This document shows positions 25,530 through 38,808 of a stretch of DNA of 64,000 nucleotides, piece by piece; within the stretch, counting starts at the first letter, position 1; every line of letters starts with the position of its first letter. The DNA comes from Eledone cirrhosa. Taxonomy: Eukaryota. The position numbers and the translations under genes are program-made. The stretch covers positions 294,252,001-294,316,000 of the forward strand of contig OZ024741.1 in assembly GCA_964016885.1 (NCBI GenBank). The letters run 5' to 3'. The notes below the pieces were generated by a model that did not search any database, had not been told where the DNA came from, and saw nothing but the letters and a program-made list of their open reading frames with translations.

Positions 25530-25552
25530 GTATGGATGTGTGTATGTTTGTA

Positions 25553-25623
<71 letters not shown>

Positions 25624-26004
25624 ATGTGTGTATATATGTGTATATGTACATGTATGTATGTGTATGTTTGTATATATGTGTGTGTGTATATATATATATG
25701 GATAGATATGTATGTTTATGTGTGTGTGTATGTATGTGTATGTACCTATATATATGTGTGTGTGTGTGTATGTATGTGCATATATATGTATATATGTGTG
25801 TACATATGTGTATGTTTCTGTTTGTGTATATGTATGTATGTATGTAGATGTATGTGTATATATATGTATATATATGTATATATATGTGTATGTGTATATG
25901 TGTCTTTATGTGCTCGTGTGTACGCACATATATATATATGTATATATGTATGTGTGTATGTATGTGTGTGTATGTGTATATATATGTATATATATATGTA
26001 TGTA

Positions 26005-26051
<47 letters not shown>

Positions 26052-26114
26052 GTATGTGTATGTATGTATGTGTGTATGTATGTACTTGTATGTGTATGTG
26101 TATGTGTATGTATG

Positions 26115-26153
<39 letters not shown>

Positions 26154-26302
26154 ATATGTATATGTATGTATATATATATATGGATATATATGTATGTGTA
26201 TGTGTATATGTGTGTATGTGTCTGTATGTGTTTATGTGTACATATATGTATGTGTGTGTATATATATATGTGTATATATATAAATGTATATATATATGTA
26301 TA

Positions 26303-26337
<35 letters not shown>

Positions 26338-26458
26338 GTGTATGTGTGTGTGTGTGTATGCCTCTCTCTTTATATGTGTATATATATATAGATGTATGTG
26401 TGTATGTGTGTGTGTGTATGCATGTATGTGTGAACGGAGGGGTATATATACGGACATA

Positions 26459-26489
<31 letters not shown>

Positions 26490-27520
26490 ATACACGTGCG
26501 TGTGTGTGTCTGTGTGTGTGTGTGTATGTGTGCGTGTATGTGTATATATGTATATTTAGTTATGTATCTTTATGTGTGTATATGTATGTATATGTATGTA
26601 TATATGTATATATATATGTATATGTGTGTGTGTGTGTATATATATATATATGTGTGTGTGTATATGTGTGTGTATGTGTATATGTATGTATATATATATA
26701 TATACATATATGTATGTATGTATATGTGTATGTGTATGTGTATGTATATATGTATATATATACCCATGTGGAGGTATGAGTACATATTCGTGTGTGTACG
26801 TATGTATATGTGTGTTTTTATATGTGTCTCTATATGTTTTTGTGTATGTATGTGGATGTATTTGTGCATGGGTGTGTGATTGATGGTGTGTGCCTATATA
26901 TTCCTACATATGCCCCCCGTGTGTGTATGCACGTATATGCGCACATATGTGTGTGTTGAACAAAGGACTAACTTTGGGATGGACGTAGAAAAATTCTTCA
27001 GGAAAAAAAGAAGAAAAAAATAATTATTCACAAACTTGACAGGTGCGATTTGCCTGTGACCATTCTCAACACAAAAGCAATGCTAAAAGCTTTTTCCTCT
27101 GAATAAAGGAATTTTTCGAGAATAACCGGGGCAGGCCGCACTTGCTACATTTCTCCCCACCCAACCCTACTCACCGTCTCAACTCATTACTGCTATGAAC
27201 ACTTTTTCAACACACCTACACCCATGCACTTATTAAAGGGGGAGAAAAGAAACCCCCACCACACCACAGACATGTTAAATCCCTATATATAGAACAACAC
27301 ACCACATACACATCAGTTTGACAAGCGCACCTCAGTGTGAAAGGTCTTTCTAAAAACGAAACAATACCTCCTACGTTAACCAAGAACTCCTAAGACCTAA
27401 CCAACAACCAACAACTTAATTTATAAAATAATTTTTTTTAAGAAAAATTCTTTTTGGATTTTGTGAAGAAAATAAATTTGTTGAAAGCACAAGTGAAGCC
27501 ATTTTTTCTTCCCCCCTGTC

Positions 27521-27528
<8 letters not shown>
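25110..27528. mobile_element. Degraded PLE-like element bounded by ~112-bp perfect inverted repeats (25145-25255 / 27416-27528)
   Basis: TATTAAGACAGGGGGGAAG...TTATAAATTAA is exactly mirrored. Internal 26960-27080 translates ...IIIHKLDRCDLPVTILNTK, resembling the PLE IxxADKG motif. The left arm has an extra ~35-nt extension. Confidence 0.65.
25390..26960. repeat. 1.57-kb compound (TA/TG/TATG)n microsatellite
   Basis: Alternating purine-pyrimidine low-complexity sequence. Confidence 0.95.
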
Positions 27529-27561
<33 letters not shown>

Positions 27562-27647
27562 CAAGAGATGTCAACATGAATGGTCCTATTATTTTTATCT
27601 AAAGACATTTTTTCCAATTCCATCCTACCCGTTCCCTTAATCTATTT

Positions 27648-27682
27648 CCTTCTGATGAAGGACTAGCATCCGAAACGTTAAG
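27648..27682 (+). ncRNA. Minimal hammerhead ribozyme motif (family C)
   Basis: cctt-CTGATGA-a-GGA-ctagca-TCC-GAAACGTT-aag, with a palindromic ACGT stem III as in minimal PLE HHRs. Confidence 0.65.
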
Positions 27683-27770
27683 ACCCTCTTCCTGCTATAT
27701 CAAGCGTTTACCTATTATATACCTTCCATATACTGTACCGATTGTGTTGTTATTTCTGTTTACCTTTTAC

Positions 27771-27801
<31 letters not shown>

Positions 27802-28139
27802 CACATACACCTCACACACACACAACTATGCAGTGGTTGTGTAAACATGTAACTGTGCATATAAGACTGGCAGCAAAAGAAAAAAAACATTATAGAATAT
27901 ATTCTGAAATGTGTTGCATCATCACCATCATCATCATATTTACCATCATCAATAACATCTACACCACCTACTCCATCACCACTTTAATCTTCCCCATCAT
28001 TACCAGCACCACCATCATCAACATTTAAATGCTTACAGAAAGTTCATTTGGGGCCAGAACAAGCATAACCTATAAATACAAGAAAATCACATTCTCCTTA
28101 ACTCTGATATCTGGTGAGTATATGTATATATATAAATAT

Positions 28140-28207
<68 letters not shown>

Positions 28208-28494
28208 TGAAGGTGTATATAGTGTAAGAACAGCTTCAATGTAAGCAACTCCTGTAGAAATCTGAGAGATGCATATCAAACATGTAAATATTTTGTTAAC
28301 ATCCCACTGTCTTGTAATTCAATGTCAGACAGATATAACCACATTTAGGTGGGCACAGAAGCACATATATATATAAATATATGTGTGTGTGTGTATGTAT
28401 GTGTGTGTGTATGAGTAACTATATAATGTACGTGTATATATATGTATACCTAAGCACTGTACGCAATAATTTCATCATCAATATTATTATCATT

Positions 28495-28690
28495 CGGTGA
28501 ATTGGCAGTATCAGTAGAGGGTTGGACACCATGCTTTCTAACATAGTTATGTCCCTTTACAGTCTGAGTTCAAATCCCGCCGAGGTTAACTTTGCCTTTC
28601 ATCCTTACGGGGTTGATAAAATAAAGTACCAGTAATGTACTGGGTAATTACTGGCCTTGTGCCTAAAGTAGAAACAATTATTATTATTCT
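28495..28690 (+). mobile_element. Meta-like SINE
   Basis: CGGTGAATTGGCAGTATC...GAGTTCAAATCCCGCCGAGG...GTAGAAACAATTATTATT. Confidence 0.88.
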
Positions 28691-28695
28691 GTAAC

Positions 28696-28726
<31 letters not shown>

Positions 28727-28727
<1 letters not shown>

Positions 28728-29832
28728 CATCATCATCATCACCATTTTACATCCATTTTTCCATGCTAGCATGGGTTAGATGGGTTGTCCTGTTGTGGGC
28801 AATACCAGATCAGTTGACCATGTCTTGCTCATACAGAACTGATTTTGGCTTGATTTCTACAGCTGGAGGCCCTTCCTAACAACAACCTCATTTAGAGTGA
28901 GTACTGGGTGCTTTTTTACCGTGGTGCCTACACGACCACTTTACAGTGGGAGGGGATGGAGTCATACAGTCTATATGCTTCAGTTTCAGGTTGTACCTGT
29001 GGGAAGTCGGGTCTTCTGTATTACTGCTTTTATCACCTCATCCCAGGTCTTCTTGGGTCTCCCCACTCCAAGGCTTCCATTGAATTTTAGTGCTCTGTAC
29101 CTTTTTATGCAGCTGCCATCCTTCATATACATCACATGTCCATACTAACATAATCTCTTCTCCTGCACACAGAATTTAATTCCTCTTATGCTTAGTCTCT
29201 CTCTCAATTCGTTTATGTTTTGCCATTCGCGTATATTACTATTACATATCCATCGGAGCATGCAAGCTTCGTTTCCTTCTAATCTACGCAAGTCTTCTAC
29301 AGACAGCGCCCAAATCTCACTACTATGTAACATTGCTGTTCATATGCACGCATCATACAGTCTGCCTTTCATTTTGAGGGAAAAGCCTTTTGCAGCTAGC
29401 AGTAGTAGTAGCTCCCTGAACTTCTTCTATCCTGTTCTTACCCTGGTTACTGTACTTTCAAAAAACCCACCTCCACTGCTAATTCGGTCACCTAGGTAGC
29501 AGAACTGTCTACTGTTTCTACAGAGCTCTCCCAGAATTTGGTAATGCTTGTTTCTTGTGGCTATTTGCTGCTTTCTGTCCCAGTGCAACTTCTACATGTA
29601 TAGTCTACATTCATAATTAAACTGCCTGAGATCCCACTACATCTCTTGTGTACCCATAGTTTGCATTTGGGGCAGAGGATAGAATTTCTTCCTACACCTT
29701 TCCTACATACTGAGCAAGGCCATTATCCTGAGGGGATCTGGGTTCTGTTTTCTTGTCTACTTATGAGGACCTTAGTCTTTGTCAGGTTGACTTTGAGACC
29801 CTTCTTTCTAGTCCCTGCTTCCATGTTTGGAA
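28727..29832 (-). mobile_element. RTE LINE fragment (RT C-terminus with PHD-like insert, 3'UTR, (GAT)n tail)
   Basis: Colinear homolog of 880-1790. ORF 29145-29333 MLHSSEIWALSVEDLRRLEGNEACMLRWIC. Confidence 0.9.
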
Positions 29833-30414
29833 AACATATATGTAAAATGTAAACAGAAATATCAACACAATCACTACAGTATATGGAAGGAATATATTAG
29901 TTTAATGTTTATATATATATGTGTCCAATATTTTGACGAATTTCCCCAATTTCAAATTCTACGTAAAAAGTTTGGAGTGATTATTTCACATTGTAACAGT
30001 TTTTCTATATCTACTATATCATCATTACTTTTATTTATACATTGCCTTGAGAACATTCCAATCAAATTTTTATTATTTAAACTTTTAATACATAAATATC
30101 ACATATACACATGTATACATGCACATGTGCAAACATACACATACACGCATACACACATGGATATGTTCACCAACTGTTTTTCTCTGTGACGTAATTATAC
30201 TTTTTCTTTTAATCTTGTTTTGTGTTATTTTGGTCACTCTTGCTCTCCAGTCTTTCTCTCTCACTGTCTCTGTCCCCTCTCTCACTTGCTTTCTCTTCCT
30301 CCCACTTCTACTCTGAATCCTTATACAATGTTCTCTCACTTGATCTCTCTCAGCTATTCCCTATTCAATCTCCCCCTAGTGTGTTTAATGGTCTCCATAA
30401 CAGTTAAAGAAAAT

Positions 30415-31085
30415 CTTCCTCTTCATCTGCTTATTCCTGAGAGGGATGTTGGGGCAGAGTCCTCAAACACAGCTTTCAGCAGGTCCTGTCAGAAACAACC
30501 ATCTCCAACTGATCTGGCTGGATCCCCAAGCAAGATCAGCTAATTAATTATTGATCTCTGTCCCTGATTCCCCTTATACTATGCATATTTATGGATATCT
30601 CTGTGCTGGAAGAAGGTGTCATAATAGAGAGTCCATTGCTAGAACAGAAGTCTAATAAAGCCTGTCCATTCGTATTTAGATCAGGGTTGCCATTCCTTTC
30701 AATCACTCCATTCCATGTCAGGTGGTCAGTGCCAACATGAACATTGAAATCTCCTATCAGGATATATGACTCAGTGTTAACTACATCTAACGCTGCAGTG
30801 ATTCATCAAGGAATGATCTGTATTTGGACTCCTTGTTTGGCACATAAACTTGCACCACTCACAGAGTGAGTGCTTCAAAAGGCAAATCCTCCCTCCTAAT
30901 GGAATCCAGTTCAGAACATATTCTGTAAGTATCCCCACTCCTTCCTGTGCAGTCATTTCTGGTGCCACATATGAATATTGGAGTTCCATCCTCCATCCAT
31001 ATCTACAGTATCAGAACCATAGAACTTTGTTGAGGAAACCCCAACTATATCTAGCTGGTAGCAACTAGCCTCCTCCACTAGTTCC
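30415..31085 (-). mobile_element. Internally deleted RTE/Expander-like LINE: APE remnants joined to a 3' end
   Basis: rc translates EGVGILT...WIPLGGRICLLK and IGDFNVHVGTD...NGNPDLNTNGQALLDFC. 30415-30540 matches 36465-36575. Confidence 0.65.
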
Positions 31086-31592
31086 TGCTCATTATTTGTT
31101 AAATCCTGCCAAGATTGACTTTGCCATTCATCCTTACGGGGTCGATAAAATAAAGTACCAGTAATGCACTGGTTAATTGCTGGCCATGTGCCTAAAGTAG
31201 AAACAATTATTTGTTGAGATTTTTTTTTTACATTATACCTTTAACTAAACATATATCTTCATTTCTTCATATATTAATTTAGAATTTCCCCATGCTTTTT
31301 CATTTTCTAATCTAATCTATTCTAATCACAAAGAAATACTCTACTCCAAACAACACTTAAAACATTTTAAATATCAAAATATTAAACTTCATAAATATTT
31401 TTACCACTCATGAGAATTATAAAACCATACCATAAGGTGTTGATTAGCTGCCTCAACTTAAAAACAAGGCTTGGATTTTTACCCATTTCTCAGATATAAA
31501 ATAAAGGATTGACTTATATTTGAGTATATACAGTACATGTATATACATTTATATATACATAATTACATATATTTATATATAGAGAGAAATAC

Positions 31593-31640
<48 letters not shown>

Positions 31641-32241
31641 ACACATTTATATATATGTGTGCGTGTGAATGTACACACTTATACACACTCTCATGCACAC
31701 AAACATACAACTCAGTGTGAATGCACCTGACCATATAATTGTTTCTGTGTTTGTGTATATATATATATATCATCATCATCATCAACATTTAATATCCATT
31801 TTCCACACTAGCATGGGTTAGACATACACATATATATATATATAGAGAGAGAGAGAAATATACATATATATATATGCACAAGTACTAAAGTCTGTATTAT
31901 ATTATACACATGCCAAGCAATGTTTGTTTATACCCTTCATCTATGTGGGTGTATTTTCTATTTTTGTGAGTGTGAGTTTACATGTGGGCATGTATGCATG
32001 TATGAATGTATTTATGTATGTATATGTTTGTGCATACATGCATAATCTGCATCTGCAGTTATTTCAAATTAAACTTCTGTATATATAAATATATGTCTGT
32101 ATATATATATATATGTGTGTGTGTTTATATAAATATGTATGTATATATGTGTATGATATAAGAATGTATATATGCATGTATGAATATATACATATGCCTA
32201 TCTATCGATATATGATGATGTATGTATATATATATATATAT

Positions 32242-32578
32242 CATCATCATCATTTCATTTTATGTCCCCTTTTTCCCTGCTTGCAAGGGTGGGATGGGAA
32301 CTGATTCTGACTTGATTTCTACAGCTGGATGCCCTTCCTAACACCAACCTCATTTACAGTGCGTGCTGGGTGCTTTTTGCCGTAGCACCTCCATGACCAC
32401 TTTACAGTGAAATGATATGGACCCCAGTCCCCATCATCTCATTTCTACAGCTGAGTAAACTGGAGCAATGTGAAATAAAGTGTCTTGCTCAAGGAAACAA
32501 CACACCACCCGGTCTGAGAATTGAACTCACAACCTTTCGATTGCAAGGCCAATACTCTAACCACTAAGCCATGTGCCT

Positions 32579-32582
<4 letters not shown>
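32242..32582 (-). mobile_element. CORE-type tRNA SINE with RTE tail (same family as 7162-7486)
   Basis: Colinear high similarity to 7162-7486. Confidence 0.88.
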
Positions 32583-32671
<89 letters not shown>

Positions 32672-32993
32672 TGTTTATACTTGCATGCATAAATGGTATG
32701 GCTGTGGGTGTAGATATGTGATGATGTGATGATATAAAACAATGAAACCAATACCCCAATCGCCCACTACAGCCCAGCACCACCACTACCACCACCAGCT
32801 CCACCACCACCACCTCCACCACCACTACCTCCACCACCACCAATCTCTGGAAACATAGAACATTGTTAACAAGATTTCTTTCACAGAATAAGCTTATGTA
32901 AATATATAAACAGAGCTTTGCACTTGACTCCTTGGCCATTACACAGACCCCCTCCTTCGTATACAGCCAACCATGTTATTCTTTACTCTTTCA

Positions 32994-33041
<48 letters not shown>

Positions 33042-33043
33042 AC

Positions 33044-33077
<34 letters not shown>

Positions 33078-33382
33078 GTACATATATATATATATATATA
33101 TATACATATATGTATGTGTTATTTGAAGTGAAACATATGTCAGTAGGTGTACGTAGTTTAGTGGCATCTATACTTCATCCAGTACCATATGGTACTAAAC
33201 AATGCATTAGATAATATACATCCATGATAATATATACATGTTCCTATCATGTGGCCTCTTTCAAATCCACCCTCTGCTGTCCATGCCTCATTGTTTAACA
33301 GACTGATTGAACTCACACGTTGTCCCACTCTCCAATTTCTTTTCTCCTCTATTTTTCTATTTCTTCTTTTATTTCTCATTCT

Positions 33383-33422
33383 ATTGTCTGACGAAGGACT
33401 CATGTCTGAAACGTCAAGACTC
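33383..33422 (+). ncRNA. Minimal hammerhead ribozyme motif (family C)
   Basis: CTGACGA-a-GGAC-tcat-GTCT-GAAACGTC-aagac. Confidence 0.6.
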
Positions 33423-34350
33423 TTCTCGTGGTACATCAGGCATTAAAGTAATAGATATCTTCATTGTACTGCATTGTTTTTCCAATTACTTTTCTCTCTC
33501 TCACCCCCCACACCCACACACACACACACATGCACACGCACACACACACATGCACACGCACAGAGTAAGGGGTTAACAGAACAGAGATGTGCAGATCACA
33601 CCATGGTCTGTCGGTTGTGAAGCAGATAAAAAGAAGCACTCAACGACTTGTATAAATGGTACAAGGTGGGGCATTATATATTAATAAAAGATTGGAGGCC
33701 ATATTCAGTTGATTCAGGTTTATTTAAAACTCTGTTACACATATTACACTAAGGACTATTAATTATGATAGCCTGAGCTCTTCAGACGGCAAAACCTAAA
33801 ATAAACATAGAAAGTTCATAAGAAACCTTTAAATTTAGAAAAATCTACTAATTTCCCTGAAGAAAAGATTTTATTTTCAGGATACAGGGGGCTGGCCAAA
33901 TGCATGGTGTTGTTTCTTCAATGGAGAGGCTCTTGCATGATGTTTTCCACCGTTTTCTGTTCTTGGTTTTGGTCATGTATATATATATATACATACATAT
34001 ATATAGATAGATATAGATATATATGATGGCTGCCCCCCATTATCGAGTATGGCCATTGTACAATATACCATTATACATACATACATACATACATATATAT
34101 ACATATATATATATAAACATTTTATCACATATATTTATTGTTGAAATTTTCTATCCAAACTCTACATGCTGTCTATGTCTTCTGTTCATAGCCCTTTCAA
34201 AACTGAATTATTAATTTTCACTTTAGGACTATGAACTCATTTCATATATCATTCAGTATACATCTGACTACCTCAGCTATATCATTGCTTATTACTCTCA
34301 TGCAACTAGAACCTTTAAATTCCAAATTTATAAATACACACACACATATA

Positions 34351-35190
34351 TCATCATCATCATCATCATCATCATCAACGTTTAACGTCCGTGTTCCACG
34401 CTTGCATGGGTTTGGATGGGGGTAGTCCCACTTGAGGCAAGAGTGATTGTCTTGCTCGCATAGGACTGTCTGGCAGGTTTTCTACAGTTGGATGCCCTTC
34501 CTAACACCAACCACATTTACAGTGTGGGTCTGGGAGGTTTTTACCGTGTTGCCTACACGGCCACATTACAGCGTGGACTGTGTGTTTTTTTGTCGTGACA
34601 CCTACACGATCTCATTTGTTTCGGCCTCGATGGCGCGGCACCAACATAACTTTACATAGAACGGGGTGGTGTGGATGGGGTGGGGGTGGTGGTGGTGGGA
34701 CGGGGTGTATTTTGTTAGAGATGCCTACTGGCTGGAGTAGGTTTTACTATATATTTAGGTAAGGCGGGTCTTCTCTGTTACTGAGTACCGCCAAAGGTCT
34801 CGGTCCAGTGACATTGTCTTGGAGAGGTGTAAGTGTGTGATGTCGGAGTTTATCAGCTCGTCCCAGGTTTTTCTAGGTCTGCCTATTCCGTGACTACCGT
34901 CTATCTTTATTGCCCTGCACTTTGTTATACAGCTATCGACTTTCATGCGCATCACGTGTCCATACCAACGTAGCCTTCTCTCGAGTAAACAACATCTGAT
35001 CCCTCTTATCTCTAATTTTTTCCTTAGTTCGTTTATGCTTTGCCGTTCACGTATATTACTGTTACACATCCAGCGGAGCATGCAAGCTTCGTCCCTCTCT
35101 AGTCTGCGTATATCCTCTGCACACAATGCCCAGGTCTCACTGCCATGCAGCATTGCTGTTCGTATGCAGGCATCGTACAACCTGCCTTTC
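34351..35190 (-). mobile_element. RTE LINE 3' fragment with (GAT)n tail
   Basis: ORF 34755-35213 KGRLYDACIRTAMLHGSETW...RRLRWYGHVMRM...GRPRKTW. Confidence 0.92.
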
Positions 35191-35274
35191 ATTATATATA
35201 TATATATTGTCATTACTGTTTAACATCCACTTTTCCATGCTAGGATGGGTTAAATGAGCTGTCCCAATTTTCAT

Positions 35275-35420
35275 TGGAGAATGGCCCATTTCCAACCTGC
35301 AATTTGCTGATGACATTGACCTGTTAGATAACAACAGTGAAGCAGAACTCCAAAAGCTGGGAAAAGTATCAGGATCACATGGAATGGAGATCAGCTCAGA
35401 AAAGAGCAACATTCTTGTGT
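35275..35420 (+). mobile_element. Isolated RTE-type RT fragment
   Basis: Translates PISNLQFADDIDLL...HGMEISSEKSNILV. Confidence 0.7.
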
Positions 35421-35831
35421 GTGTGTGTGTGTATGAATTGCAGTTTTAATAATCATCTGTGGTCCTGTGGTTAAATGAGTAGTCCAAGCAAACTCTAAGA
35501 TTTGCACAGACCTAAAACAGATACCATAAAGCATCATGACCAATGCTCAATAATTCTACCAATACCCTATCTCTGGCCTGGTGTTTTGTGTTATCATCCA
35601 TGACTTCAGCAGGATTTGAACTTTCAGTACTGAGAGCCAGAACAAATAGTTTAAAATATTTAATCTAAAGCTCTAACATGTTTGCCTATTCACTGCATTC
35701 CATTATTAATTTTTCCATTATTACTTTTTCAAGTAATTTCTGTCAATTAAATATTGTCAGTATATGAATAGCTTTTATCATATTATTTGTCTGAAATCCA
35801 CAGGAAATTACTGCTATGGATGGATCACTTA

Positions 35832-36235
35832 GTGACACTGATGTTGTTTCAGAACTGGTCCTTCATTATCGAGAGAGTGAGATGGGGGGGGGGGGGGGGG
35901 GTTAATACTGATGTTTGATTACTAGTCCTACATTTGAAAGAATGAGAGTGAAAGAGAAAGAGGGGAAATACTGATATTTACCAACTGGTTCTTCAATAGA
36001 GAGAGAGAGGAGGGGACAACACTAATGTTTGATGACTGACTGGTCCTTCATTAGGGAGAGTGAAGGGGGAAATACTGATGTTTGATGACTGGTCCTATAT
36101 TAGGGATAGTGAAGGGGGCAATATTGATGTTTGATGACTGGTCCTTCATTAGAAAGAGAGAGAGTGTGGCGAGGCAATACTGATGTTTGACGATTAACCC
36201 TGCATTAGAGAGAGAGAGACAATACTGGTGTTAAA
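35832..36235. repeat. Degenerate ~50-bp minisatellite, ~8 copies
   Basis: ATACTGATGTTTGATGACTGGTCCTTCATTAG followed by a variable GA/G-rich segment. Confidence 0.8.
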
Positions 36236-36243
36236 GTTTCATC

Positions 36244-36420
36244 AATCTAATTTTTTTTTTTTCTTTCTTACCTGTTTATCTTGCTGTTTACCTTGATTAT
36301 TTATCTCTATGTGTTGGTCTCTATTTTATACAATTTATTTTATATTATTTTAATTTTTTTTTTTTTTTTACTTCCAGGTGAGTGCAACATTTTTACTAAA
36401 TGACTGAGAAACCAGGTTTG
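36244..36420 (+). other. Strong candidate 3' splice site directly followed by a 5' splice motif (recursive site or short exon)
   Basis: CTAAT at ~36247, ~135 nt without AG, then T-tract-ACTTCCAG|GTGAGT at 36377/36378. Alternative donor CCAG|GTTTGA after 36415. Confidence 0.4.
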
Positions 36421-36431
36421 ATGCATGTTTG

Positions 36432-36740
36432 TTTCTTCTTCTTCTTCTTCTTCTTCTTCTTCTTCACCCACTTATGTCTGAGAGGGATGTGAGGGCAGAA
36501 TCCTCAAGTACTCCTTTCAGCAGGTCCTGTCAGAAGCAATCATCTCCAATTTATTCGGCAGGATCCCCAAGCAAGACCAGACAAACTCATGGATGTTATT
36601 CAACCATCTTGCTTGAGGTTTACCACTGAGTTTGCTACTGGTTGATTTTGTCTGTAAAATCTATCCAGTGATTCTTTCCTGAAACATTCTAATCACATGC
36701 CCATATTATGAGCTGTGATCTCTCAATTTGGAAACTATGA
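36432..36740 (-). mobile_element. RTE/Expander-like LINE 3' fragment with (AAG)n tail
   Basis: (CTT)n at 36434-36465 next to sequence homologous to 30420-30540. Confidence 0.65.
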
Positions 36741-37129
36741 CATTTATACATTTATTGATATTAGATTTAGTGAACAATAGAATTATTGTTTAGAAAAAAG
36801 AGAGCATCTGTAATTTGTTGCTGGACAAATATCTCAAGAGACTTTTATTCATAAACCACTCATTTCTGTTTTCTCATTGATGTTTATAATCTTTGTTAAT
36901 GAATGTCACCAAAATATACACAGTCATACATGCACATACAACCCCCACCAAACAGAGATAAATACATATATGTTTGTGTATACATATATGTATGTATCTA
37001 TCTATCAATGTATATACATATGTATGTATGTATGTATGAACACACACACACTGGCATTCCAAAGTTTCCATCAACGAAATTCTACTCACAAGGTCATTTT
37101 CAACCCAAATCTATGGTAATGGTCTGAAG

Positions 37130-37410
37130 ACTGTCTTGAGCCTGGTGACTCATCAGGCTGGTGATTATTCTAGTTTCCATGGAGTGAAGTTACTGAGAGT
37201 ATAAGACTTCCCCCTGGGCATGACACCAGGCCATTACAGGGGAACACCCCCAGCTATTGCTGCCACTTATTTTCAGCTGAGTATACTGAAGCAACATGAA
37301 ATGAAGTGTTTTGCTCAAGAACACAACACACAACCCAGGCCAGGAATCAAAGCCATGACATCATGATTGTAAGTCTAAGACCCTTACCACTAGTTCACGT
37401 GCTTCCACTA
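37130..37410 (-). mobile_element. CORE-type SINE
   Basis: Reverse-complement homolog of 14765-15020. Confidence 0.75.
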
Positions 37411-38456
37411 TGATAAAAGACACCTACCTGTCTAAATGTCATGTGAGATTGAACCTAGAACCATCTGCTCATGCTTGCAAAGCAACCTTTTTAACCACAC
37501 AGCCATGCCTATATTAAGAATGTTAGAGGGTTAATTTTCTGCTTCTATTGTATGTATGAATACCTTATATATATATTTTTAATGATGGCAACTTCATTGA
37601 AGTGTGTGAGTGAAGAGATGGCATTTCAAAGCAATATGAATGTTAAAGGGTTAAACCCATCATGTAATAACAAAAGTTATTCTGGCTTCTGTTAACTTAA
37701 TGAGAAAAAAGGACAAAACATAATTAAAAAAATACTAAAATGTTGTCACATGTTCTTCCTTCTATTCATCTCCCTCATTCCCCTTATCCATCATGGCTTG
37801 ACTTTGGCAAAATAGAACAAAGATTTGGGATGGAGGCTGTCCACTTCTTCACTAATTGCATTTTTATTTAATGAAATAATTCCTCAGTCATCGTTATCAC
37901 TATCATGTTTGTTTTCCATAATGGCATGAGCTGGACGAAATATTTTTGAAGCAATTTCTCAATAGATGGATGCCCTTTCTGATGCTACATGTTATCTTTT
38001 TAAAGTAAACTACTGGTCTTTGCATACTGAATTGAGCTGTGGGGGTATATTGTTTATGCAAGACATAAACAAACGTCACCACTTATGCAAGCAGTGTCAA
38101 ATACAAAGTGAAAAGTTGACTGAAAAGTGAGATCACTAAATGTGTTACTGTATTTTTGTTGACTCCAAGTTTGCTGATTGCACCTCTGTAGATGACTTGC
38201 AATGATCCTCACAAAGAGGGCCCCTTCTTCTCTCTTTCTCTCTCTCGCTGCTTATGTGTATGTAAATGTATAGATATATATGTATGTGTGTGTGTGGTCG
38301 GCATTTAGAAGGGCATCGAACCATAGAAACCAAACCAGAATCAGTTCTGTATGAGCATGACGTGCTTGTTTGACCTGGCATTGCCCACAACAAGACAACT
38401 CATCTAACCCATGCTAGCATGGTAAAATGTACATTAAATGGTGATGATGTTGATAA

Positions 38457-38489
<33 letters not shown>

Positions 38490-38491
38490 TG

Positions 38492-38542
38492 AGATTCTAC
38501 AGGACTAGAACTGTTTCATTCATTAGAAATCATCAGGAATCT
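38492..38542 (-). ncRNA. Type I hammerhead ribozyme motif (family D)
   Basis: rc AGATTC-CTGATGA-tTTCtaatGAAt-GAAACAG-ttctagtc-CTGTA-GAATCT: 6-bp stem I, intact core, GUA cleavage triplet. Confidence 0.75.
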
Positions 38543-38544
38543 GC

Positions 38545-38808
38545 TATGTATTGAGTACCTTACTTACTGTGGTTACCTCCGATTCAACCCGGAATAACGT
38601 ATATATATATATATATATATATATATTTGAGTCCCGGGGTCAATCAAGGGTAACCACTGTAATTAAAGTACTCAATACATAAGTAGAGTGTAAACTTCAA
38701 GTTTAATATAGAAATGCCTTCTACAAGACAAGAACTGTTTCATTTCAATGAATTCTTTTGAATGAAACAGTTCTAGTCCAGTAGAAACCATTTCTATATT
38801 AAACTTGA
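38545..38808. repeat. Two consecutive fold-back inverted repeats of the family-D PLE terminal sequence
   Basis: TATGTATTGAGTAC..GTGGTTACC / GGTAACCAC..GTACTCAATACATA (38546-38681). TCAAGTTTAATATAGAAATG..CTGTTTCATT / AATGAAACAG..CATTTCTATATTAAACTTGA (38697-38808). Confidence 0.8.

Noticed and set aside
25388-26883. Long Y/I/C/V/H/T-rich ORFs up to 355 aa, and many similar ones elsewhere
   Set aside because: Translations of TA/TG microsatellites, which lack stop codons. No protein signal.
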